45,174 nt of DNA, from NCBI GenBank assembly GCA_003990765.1, contig RBNJ01000064.1:1-45174 (forward strand). Reading direction: 5' to 3'. Made by a program: the position numbers and the translations under genes. This stretch comes from Jimgerdemannia flammicorona. Taxonomy: Eukaryota. The notes beneath the pieces were generated by a model. That model worked only from the letters and a program-made list of their open reading frames with translations, did not search any database and was not told the origin of the DNA. Shown here in pieces: positions 12,532 through 22,800 of this stretch; positions within the stretch are counted from its first letter, which is position 1; each line of letters opens with the position of its first letter.

Positions 12532-15500
12532 TCCTGTCCAACAATGACTCCAGAGAGAGGGCATAAAGGATCAGTAATAGTGGATCTCTCTGTAGTACTT
12601 CTCTATATATGTAGGAGAAATGACTCCTCTCTATATCTATTCACTATAATAGCTGCCTGACTCCCCTATAACAGACTGATCAGCAATTCTCTAAACTCTG
12701 AGGGAACTCTTATTTGCTTCAATACTCTCTCTAGCCATATATGCTAGACTCTATCATAAGTCTTCTCTTGGTTCAGAAATACTAGTCAACCATCAACTCT
12801 AGTAGCATGAGCTTTCTCAATAATACCATAGATCTATACTGTCCCATCTCTTATCAAATGACCTCTGACAAAGCCCCTCTGCTCTGCCCCTAATACCTGC
12901 TGAGCCACTCCCTACAATCTAGCCACTAATATCTTCATCACTAACTTGTGATCTATATTCAGAAGTATAATTGGCCTCCAGTTCTTCCAATCCTCCCTCC
13001 TTTTCTTATTCTTATATAATAGAGCTATAAGCTCTAAGTATTGCTCTCTAATCTAGGTCTCTAAGCCAATAACTTCATCATATATCTATATTATCTCCTT
13101 CAGTACCACCTCCATACCAGCTATCTGCTTCCAAAAATCCCAAGATAGTCTATCTCTCCTAGAGCTATCTTCAGACTCATCATTGCCAAAACCCTACAGA
13201 CCTTCTCTCTCTGGACAGAAACTCTGAGATCACCTAGACCCTCTGTTGGGTCTGGGTGCCAATTCTCCAGATATCATTCAATGTCCAGTATATCTTCTCT
13301 ACCCTCCTTCTTACTCTTCAATTACTCTTATTGAGACCTCAGTTGACCCAAGATCTCTGGTATCTTAATTACCATATCCCCTACTTCATTCAATACTCCT
13401 TCCCATCACTGCCTCATCCTTCTCACCTAAAGCAGTCTTGATAGGAACTTTGTAGGTCTCTTCCTCTTCTCCAAGCCCTGCCATCTCAACTGAGTCACTA
13501 TTTCCTTCACCTGCAATTCCTTCTTCTGTCTAAGCAGCCTCTTCAATTCTTTCACCTTCTGCCAGATCTGTTAAGCCCTCCAATCCCCTTTCTTGCTATT
13601 GTCTAAAGATCCTGCCCACCTCTCCAGTAGCCTCTCCAACCTCTATGAGGCCTATCTTATATGACTCCTCCTCTAAGTACCTCTTCTCCTCCCAGCCTCA
13701 CTCTAGAACTACTGAGCCTCAGATTTCAAATACTACCAATAATTCCCAATCTCCAAACTCTGTGCCCTTCAGCTAATAATCCTGTACTAATATCCACTAT
13801 TCATTTTTTCTATAAGATATGTTTCTCCTATAATAAAGTATTTAGATATTAATGTCCAGATCTCTCTCTACTTCCCCCAAACCTCCTACAGTCTAGCAAA
13901 CTCCAGTTATCAGACCAAAGACACCAAACTATCTCAAGAGAGCTCTAGATATCCTCTCCCCAGTACTCAGCAGTCAATATCCAGTCAATTCTTGATCCTA
14001 GCCATGAGTATAGACTCTGTGATCTCTCTATCCAAGATACCCTATATCTACCAGTAAGCTCAATCTTCCAATCTCCTCCCAGTCTTCCATTCCCCCACCA
14101 CTATCTGTCATCTTCCTCTCTCCATCAGTCCTGTTCAGCTGTCCATTACATATAGTGTTCCCAAATAAATTTAATCAATTCAAATTGAATTAAATTGAGA
14201 GTAATTTAAATCAAATTAAATTAGGGATTTTTCAATTCAAATTAAGTTTGAATCAAATTGAGTTTGAATCAAATTGGGATCTAATTTGAATTGAAATTAA
14301 AAGTTAAACTTTAAAATACAATAACTTGATTAAAATATATCCAAATTTGAAGAATTTTAGCTCATTGGATTTGTCTTAATAAGGTGAAAACAGTATAACA
14401 AAGATTATTAAATTTGAACATTTTTCTGTCAAGTTATTGAATTTTAAAAATTTAGATTTAATCAAAATTCAAATCAAATTGGACCTTGATTTGAATTGAA
14501 TTGAATTGAATTGAATCAAATTGGGCCTCAATTCAATTTGTTGGGAGCACTAATTACATATCATATTAAAGTTGTCTCCCAGACAGTTGATCTTCTCTAC
14601 TACTATAATACTAGTATCTTGTAGTTCCCTTATCTACTCTACATACTCCTCCCTTTCTACTGGGCAATAATATGACCCAATAGTCAAAAGGCTCTAGCCT
14701 GACCTCCTCTACCTCATACTACTCTACCCCCTTAATGTTCAATGTCCCCAATGTCTCTCTTGTCCTTCCTAACCAGAATTCCCACCTAACTCTACCACAT
14801 GACCACACCTCCCCATTCTCTTATCCAGTCTTACATATCCAAGCCAATATCATAGCCTATGTCTTACAATAAGAACAGATCTGCATCTAGTCCCTTCAAC
14901 CAGCTGAAAATATTCTGATATCTCATCATATCCCTCAAACTATTGATATTTAAAGAGAAGATTCTAGTTGTACTATTTATATTAAATGATGTTTAGAGAG
15001 TAAGCACCCACTTTATAATTCTATACTCACTATATTGCTAGCAACATCCAGATTCTGCTCTATCTCAATCTCATCTGTCTCTCCCTACTGAGCATCTAGT
15101 ACTTCCAAGATCTCCTGACAGTCCTCACTATCCACTGTCTCTATATTAGACCAATAGTTCTTGTACACTATCTGTCACTTCTCCAACCTCTTTCTAGATC
15201 TCTACAGATATACTATATACTCATTTGCAATAGTTAGAAGCACTACCTCCTTAGTATCATTCACCTCATATTACTTTATCTCTAATAAGCCCATCAATAG
15301 TTTATTTCAAAGCTTCTATATCATCTCCTCTCTTTGTAGAATCTCACCCCAATGTCTTTCACTAACTACCCTAAAATCTACCTTATCCAACTTATCTACT
15401 GTAATATTTATCATTACCTTTCACAGCCACCTCTCCTCTCCTATAGTCTTATCAATATCTAGGGCCACCTCCTGCCCCTCAACCCCTGGATCCCCCTCAG

Positions 15501-16997
15501 CATTCATTCTCACTGACTTATTCCAGTCATCCTTCAGTATATCCTGCAGCTTGCCAGTCTCCACCCCTCTAGTGGACACCCTATACTGCACTTAGGCCTT
15601 CTTGACCATCATTATATCCTTGGCCACTACACTCTGCTTAGAGCTTCCCCCCTCCTTCAGGGTCACCATGGGAGTCTCTCTCTTTTCTCCTACCCAAGTA
15701 CTTGCTCTTGATCTACCACCAATAGCAGTAGCCTCACCCTCTGCCCTCTCTCTCAGATTTGCCAATAGGTCTTTTTGATATTGCCTCTCTTATACTCTCT
15801 CCCAGGTAGCTTTATCCAGTTACACTCTTCTGCTATTCATAATCTCAACCACTATCCTAGCCTTGAACTTCCTCCAGATCAGCCACCTCTTCTCCACTAC
15901 TCCAGCCAAGTCTTCCAACATCTCTAGCAAGTCCTCCTCCTCTTCAGGTATTCTCTTTATCCTTGAGATCTTATACTCCACCAGTCTCTACTTTATTATC
16001 ACTGGTCAATTCCATTCTTTCCTTATATTCTCCTTGCTTGCCAGTCTAATCTGAATATCCATATCTCTAGTCCAAAACTCAGTCTCTTCTCAGACCTAAT
16101 AGCCAATATCTACCATATTACTATACTTCTTAATAATATCTACAATTAGCCCTCTGGTCACCTCCTTCTTCACTATGAATACAATCACTACTATCAGTTA
16201 TACTACTCTGGGGTCTCAATATAAATACTAAGCCATAGAGATTGCTACTCCTCCTATTACTACTCCTTTCTCCAATACTCTCAACATTAACTCCTCCTTC
16301 TTAAAGTCTACCTTCACTTCTTCTAATCTCTTTAAGAATTTCACTGAGGCTATTTCTTTCACCTCCTAAGTTAGAAGATTCAGAACTATTTTTGCTATAA
16401 CCACTAAACCTTGGAAGCACAAAGTAATCATAAATTTGAATACTGACTTCTTGAGTAATGGTACTACCACCAGACTCATTATACTATCAGCTAGGTCCTC
16501 AGACCTCATGCCTTCTTCCAGCCCAGTCTTACTATCAGCTATCATATCTGAATTTTTTTCCAGATTAGCAGTTCTTCCATCATTAGTAGTCCTACTCCCC
16601 CTAGCCCCTACTCCACCAGCTCTACCACCACCACTACCATGGGTCCCCTGCCAGGCCCTGCAGCTCTCTTCTTCTTCTTGCTCTTCTATAGTCAGCCCTC
16701 TAATCCAGTCATTGGATACTCTGCCTTGACCTTGTCAGCAAATCTCATTCTTTCAGATCTCTGCCTACTAGTCTCCACTCTTCTATCTTCTTATCCACCA
16801 AAGAGAGTGTCCAACAGGCTCTTCTCCAATCCATGACTCCTCTCTACATACTGTCAGTTGAATGTACTAGAGCTGCCCTGTTCTACATACTTCTCAGAAT
16901 TCTTATCAGTTGCTATATTATTATTACCTTTTCTTCAAAAATGAGTAAAAAGTATTGTCAGAAGTTTGTATAATCCAAATTATACTAGAGAAAGATG
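12532..16997 (-). mobile_element. L1/Tx1-like LINE of a related subfamily, 3'-truncated within RT (ORF1 about 16916-14970; ORF2 from about 14970)
   Basis: Reverse complement gives VLQRDPLLLILYALSLE at the left end, KNWRPI, APE start IFSLNI, ORF1 RFADKVK; 5' end CATCTTTCTC shared with other copies. Confidence 0.9.
14153..14552. mobile_element. Non-autonomous hAT-type MITE, copy 2 (400 bp), inserted in the LINE APE region
   Basis: TIRs TAGTGTTCCCAA / TTGGGAGCACTA; perfect 8-bp TSD ATTACATA (14145-14152 and 14553-14560). Confidence 0.92.
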
Positions 16998-16999
16998 AA

Positions 17000-18126
17000 C
17001 TATATATCTTATCCATTGCTTATTACTATTGTTTATTATTTAGTAATAATATAGTCTTATTATAGATTACAGGCTTATTTATTATTGTTATATAAGTATA
17101 TTTATAAGTACTGATATAGTTTATATACTATTTATTGTTATGATGGAATATTCTAAATAGATCTCAATAACCTCTTAAATCTGCTTAAATTTCACTATCC
17201 AGTCTTGATCTATACTTCTTTTTGCTCTTTGAAGAGGTATTCTTTTTATTATTCTTATCTATAATTTCTATAATTCTTAGTTCTGATAGGTTTATTAATA
17301 TATGTATAGGCTATATTAGTACTAGTGTAGGTATCATTCCACTTATCTTTAAAGTTAGTATAGATATTACTAGCTATATCATTAGGTTAGATATAGAGAG
17401 AATAGAAATTTCTATATAAATTTCCTACTTAGTCTCCTTGAACTAAATATTATGAGAGATAATTATTTAACATTTCTGTGAGTTTTACAGTCTATATACC
17501 ACTCTATCATATCTAAGAAATATATGCTTATTAGTCTTCAGCTCAAACTTAACTTTATTGCTACCTTTATTTTGAATATAAGTCTTACTTTTAAATATAT
17601 ATAGATGTGAGATATCAGACTTATATCTACTCTACAGTTCTTTATAAATAAGATCAGCATTATTCCTAGATTGTTAATTATTATCAGATTTCTTATTTAG
17701 AGCTTAAGAAATATAATGATTTTAGGTAAATACTACTATATTTACTACTTTGGCCCAAAAAGAGTATAACAAGTTAGCTATATTTATTATTATTCAAGCT
17801 ATCTCTACTATTACAATATATTGACTTAATATAGTTAGTTTATAAGGTTGGAGCTATTATATAGATTGACTTGAATCTCTAGTTATTTTATCAAAAGTAA
17901 TAAAATATTTAATAATTTCTCTATTTTATATAATATAGATAATTTAGACAATTTCCTTAATAGAATATATTCTTAAGTATAGTATTAATTTGATAATTTT
18001 AGTTGATTTCTTTTTGAGTATATTGTATAGTAAGAGCTGTTTTCTTATATTTATAATTTCTATATAATGATCTCTATATAGTAGTTTTCTTATATAATTT
18101 TTGTATAACAATCTGATATTATGTAT
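17000..18126 (-). mobile_element. Ty1/Copia integrase remnant (left part; split by the Gypsy element)
   Basis: Reverse complement translates to LYSFWAKVVNIVVF (LP..FWAEAV.TAVY), SDISHLYIF and KFELKTNKHIFLRY..YRL. Confidence 0.7.
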
Positions 18127-18536
18127 TGTCACATAGTGGTCGCTGAGTCCTTCAAATATGCCAGATTCTCTTCAAAGTATATCTCTTAGACTAACTCAAG
18201 TTGTTATAAGCAAGTTCTTATTGGAGTGCCTTCCCAAGGTCTTATAGTCCTCAAACTTCTTATCTTTAACTGTCTTGTTATCTCTTAGATTGCTTGCAAG
18301 GAAGTATGTGTAAGTGAAACTGGAACTGACTTTATTTCAGAGGAAATAAGAGAGGTATTTATACAAAATATAATTCAATAGTTGCTAATATATAAAGCTA
18401 AATATAAATTCCAATAACTAAAACTACTAAGTTCCAGGGCTGGCATTATTTAGTATTACATCAAAATACTAGTGCTGGAACAATTTCGCATCACCTCAGA
18501 ATGCCAGTGCTGGCATTATCCAGTGTTACAAAGAAC

Positions 18537-19340
18537 TTAGAGCAGAAAGTTCAGGATTATGGGGGCTTCATCATCATCATTACTGAAGGAGATGAGATCC
18601 GTGAATTCATCATTTTCGCATGCTTCGATGTTATGCGGGATGATATCATTAATGATGTCATCATGTTTGGCTATGGTAGGGAAATTGGGGACAAGGTCTG
18701 GAGCTCTCCAGTCTATGAGGTTCTCTTCCACAAAATAAGGAACAAATGTGGAATCTTAGAGAGATCTAACCTAGATGCTTGGGCCTTAGAATACTGAGAT
18801 CAATCCTTGCAGGAATTGATCTGGGTTGTCCTGAAGGATAGGGTGTCAGAAGTCTTCTACTTCTTCACTGTTGAGGGTGATAGTAGACTGGGCTTCTGTA
18901 GCCACCCTGGCTTCTAGTGCATTAATATGGTGGGATGATAGGTCTCTGAAATCTGAGACTCTAACATACTCCAAGTTGGGGATTGACCATGGTGCATGCC
19001 TGAAGATCTGATGGATCTTTCTAGCTGTCCTTGTTTCATATATATCCATGGGAGTGGCATCTTGTAGCTCTTGGGTGCTGGCCTGGGGGAACTCCCAGCA
19101 GAGGAGGTTTTCTATTTTGTACTCCTGCCACATTTGGAGGCATTCAGTAGCAATGGTGATCCTTGTTTCCATTTCGCAGCAGTAGAGGATAAAGTGATAA
19201 GGGTCTGCAGTACCCAGGTTGACGCTAGGAGTCCTTCTTGAGTGGGTCCTCATGGCTCTTCTGATGTCTTGGAACATCCTTTCCTCAACCAAGATACCTT
19301 GGTAATTCCTTGACCTTGAGGTTTGGTGAGCAGTAGGCAT
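18537..19340 (-). pseudogene. LTR-encoded ORF of about 267 aa, unknown function (four premature stops in this copy)
   Basis: ORF-track pieces 18846-19340 and 18537-18731 are in the same frame; three of the four internal stops are sense codons (TGG, CAG, CAA) in the other LTR copies. Confidence 0.8.
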
Positions 19341-19420
19341 TTTATTTGTGGTAAGTCTTTGAGCTATTTTGGGATTGGTGGTTCTTGTTGGTTGCTGCTA
19401 CTGTAGTTCCTTGATCCTTC

Positions 19421-19427
19421 TTTTATA
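19421..19427 (-). promoter_or_regulatory. Putative LTR TATA box (TATAAAA) about 87 nt upstream of the LTR-ORF ATG
   Basis: Conserved in all three copies (19421-19427, 26550-26556, 36982-36988). Confidence 0.55.
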
Positions 19428-19582
19428 TTCTTCAGGATGCTTATGCTGTGGTCACAATGACTCACAGTTGGTCATCATTGCTCATCTCATATGCCATATG
19501 ATCTTCTTATGCTCTGATCTGGTGGCTTATAAGGAAAGGCTGTCTCCTGTGCTGATGTCATCATTCTGGGGTCACCGTTACA

Positions 19583-19594
19583 TCTTCCTCCTGA
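19583..19594 (-). other. Polypurine tract
   Basis: Element strand reads AGGAGGAAGA immediately before the TGTAAC start of the 3' LTR. Confidence 0.85.
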
Positions 19595-19895
19595 ATAAGG
19601 ATCTTCCTGAGCATCCTTATTCATTGGTCCAGTCCTGAAAAATTTGCTGATCCCATAACCTCTGGCAAGGGGTCAAAAACTAGTGTTTATGGGCTGGTAT
19701 CTTCTCTTTGTATTTTGGCATGATGGTGAAGAGTCGCTCCCTTTATATAGAGCAAGAGCCTGATTCTGATCTTGATCAATCAGTTGATGGTTCGAACTCC
19801 TCTGACTGCAAAAGTCTCATGGATGAGTAGTTGCCAGTACCATATCCCTTAGAGAATGATCCAGACAGATAGCCTGCTGGTCACAGGACATGCTG

Positions 19896-22800
19896 TTACA
19901 ATTCGTGGACTAGAACCTCATGGGCAGTCATCATGTTTTGCTTCTCTTGTATAGGTTTGTAGTACTTCTTAAGTCTGTTCCTATGTACCATGGTAGGCAG
20001 TATGGTCCCTGGGATTTTTCTAAGCCAGAAGGTAGTTTCCTTGATATCTTGCATGTAGAAGGATTCTTCCCATTTAGGCTCCAGTTTTCGTGACCATGAG
20101 ACTTCTACTATATTTCGATATAGTAGAACCTTTTCTCCAATTCGGATGGATTCTAGGGCCTTGTGATTCTTTTCCACATTCTTCCTTATCAGTGCTTGTG
20201 ACTTGGTGATGTAATCTTCAGCCTTCTTCCTGATTTGGTGTAGTCTCTGGATTTCTGCATCAACCCATCTCCAAGTTAGGTCTAGATTTGTAGCTGAGGT
20301 TCCATTAGAATCTTCTTCTCCAAAGAGCAGCTCTCTTGGGGTAAAATGTGTGCTCTGTGACCATATGTCTCGTAGAATGGGGAGGGCAGTTGGGAGATAG
20401 TTATCCCAATTCTCATATGTCTCTGAGATCTTTGCTAGGATGTTCTTAAGGGTCTTGTTGGTTCTCTCTGTCTGTCAATTTCCTTAAGGGTGGTATGCAG
20501 AGGTCTTGATGTGCTGGATCTTGTATTTCTGGTACATTATCTCATGGAATCCATTGACAAATTCTGTGCTGTAGTCTGTTGTGATTTGCTTTGGTGTCTT
20601 GTAGCAGCAGATGATTTCTTGGTGTAGGAAATCAGCTATAGAGAGGGCATTGGCTTCTTGTAATACTCCTGCCTCTATTCATTTGGTGAAGAGGTCTACA
20701 ATAACTATAATATAGCAGTTTCCTGATAGTATTACTGGTAGTGGTCCAATGATATTCATTGCAACATGATGGAAGAGGATAGGCTCAATTCTTGATGATC
20801 CAGGTGTCTGGTCTTGCTGATCTTGTTTCTGTTTTTGGCACTTGTCACACTCTTTGACAAATTGGCACAGGTCTTCTTCCATCTTGGGCCACCACATGGT
20901 TCTTCTTGCCTTGTTGTATGTGTTGGTTCCTCCTAAGTGTCCTTGCTCATATACTTCCTTTATTACTTGATACTTCTTGTGTTTAGGTATTACTAGCTTT
21001 CCTCCTTTTCTGAGTGTAGTGTTGTCTAATTCAAACTGTTTCCAAGTCTGGTTGATGATGGTGATTGTCCAGGGTTCGAGGTGGTTGGGCATCTTCTACT
21101 GCCCAAGGTAGCTGATTAATCCATAGTATGTATAACTCCTTATTCATGTTGAATAGTCTTGATGGGGATGTTTTGGGGTGTCCTTGAGAGTGCATCAGCA
21201 TTGGTGTTGGTCTTTTCTGGGCAGTGCTTGACAGTACAGTCATATTCTTGCAGCCTGTAGATCTATCTGGCATATATTCCTTTGGGGTTCAGAGCGTGGA
21301 ATAGCCAGGCAAGAGCAGAATGGTCTGTTTGAATGGTGAAGTGTTTTCCGGCTAGATAGTAGTGGAACTTATCTACTGCCCAAACTACCACTAAGCATTC
21401 AAGCTTGCATGACTTGTAGTTCTGTTCCACTCTGCGAGTACCTCAGCTTGCATAGGAGATGACATATTTATGTCCATCTTTCTTCTGAGCTAGGACCACT
21501 CCAAGTCCTATAGCACTCACGTCTGTCTGCAAGATGAATTCTAGGCTCCAGTCTGGTCTTCTGAGGATGGGTGCTTGGGTCAACCTGGTCTTGAGTTCAT
21601 TGAAGGTTTCTTGGTGCTCCTTGGTCTATTCGAATTTGGTCTCCTTCTTCAGTAGCTCATAGATAGGTGCTGCAATGTTAGAGTATCCTTTGATGAATCT
21701 TCTATAGTAGCTGGCCAGTCTAAGGAAGGCATGGACTTCTGTGGTTGTTCTAGGTCTTGAGTAGGCTGCAATAGCCTCAATCTTCATGGGGTCTGTGTGG
21801 ATTCTGGTCTGGTTGATGAGGTGTCCTAGGTAGGTGATTTCTTGAGCTGCAAACTTGCATTTCTTGGGCTTGATGTAGAGGTCATGCTCCTTGAGCCTCT
21901 TGAGGACTAGCTGTATGTGATTGACATATTCCTGTGCAGTGTTGCTGAAGATGATCACATCATCAACATAGACAAAGAGCCATTTTCTAATCTCATTGCT
22001 GAAGACTCTGTTCATCATTTGCTGGAAACTTACTGGGGCATTGCACATTCCAAATGGCATTCGCAGATAGATATAGGTGGTATCAGATGTGATAAAGGCT
22101 GATTTCTCACTGGTATCTTGAGTGAGACTGATCTGATGGAAGCCTGAGAACAGATCCAAGGTGGTGTAGTATTTGGCTTCGCTTCTAAGGGTGGTAAGGA
22201 TTTCTTGAATATTCGGTAAGAGCTGCCTATCCTTCTTGGTGATGGCATTGAGTTTCCTGTAGTCAATGCAGAGTCTTGATACAAACTCTCCAGACTTGCT
22301 TCCTTTCTTTAGGACAAGGACAATGGGTGAGGCCCAGGGGCTGATAGCTTGCTTGATGATTCCAGCTTCTTCCATTTCCTTGAGTTCGGCTCGCAGCCAC
22401 TCTCTGTAGGCAGGTGGTATGGGTCTGGCTTTCTGGTAGATAGGCTTGGTATCACCAGTGTCAACTTCATGGTGGTACTTGGGTTCTTGATTGTGGATAT
22501 CCCTAAAGTCTGTAGCAAGTACTTCTTCGTTCTGGTACAGGATCTTGAGAAGTTGTTCCTCCAGGGGAAAGTTTTCTCCAATGGTATATGTGTGCTTGTT
22601 CTGATCCTTGTTTTTCTTGTACTCAAGTTCAGTAATCTTGGTGGTGGCATAGGCTCCTCTTTCAGTAGATCCAAAGCCTTGTTCTCCTCTCTTGGTCTTG
22701 ATAAGTTCAGTGGCCTCTATGATCTTGGGCTTCTTGATTTCGTGGATCAGCATCTGGCCAATCCTGTCATACTTCTTGACTTCAAAGGGGGTGGTGTGGT

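Larger units (their letters stand above)
18127..19582 (-). repeat. 3' LTR (1456 bp)
   Basis: Plus strand TGTCAC...GTTACA; same length as and colinear with 25256-26711. Confidence 0.97.

Noticed and set aside
4877-16836. Many plus-strand Ser/Leu/Pro-rich ORFs (e.g. 9759-10331, 15161-15595)
   Set aside because: Antisense shadows of purine-rich minus-strand LINE ORFs. The exception is 11798-12319, which is PLE RT.
19369-19638. Hydrophobic Cys-rich ORF repeated at 26498-26719 and 36819-37040
   Set aside because: Antisense over the LTR start, begins at TTG, and has different ends in each copy because it runs out of the LTR; recurrence simply reflects LTR identity.
19896-20177. Chromodomain at the integrase C-terminus
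   Set aside because: Only the GPY/F-type module (KLEPKW...VHRNRLK) is seen; no chromodomain motif.
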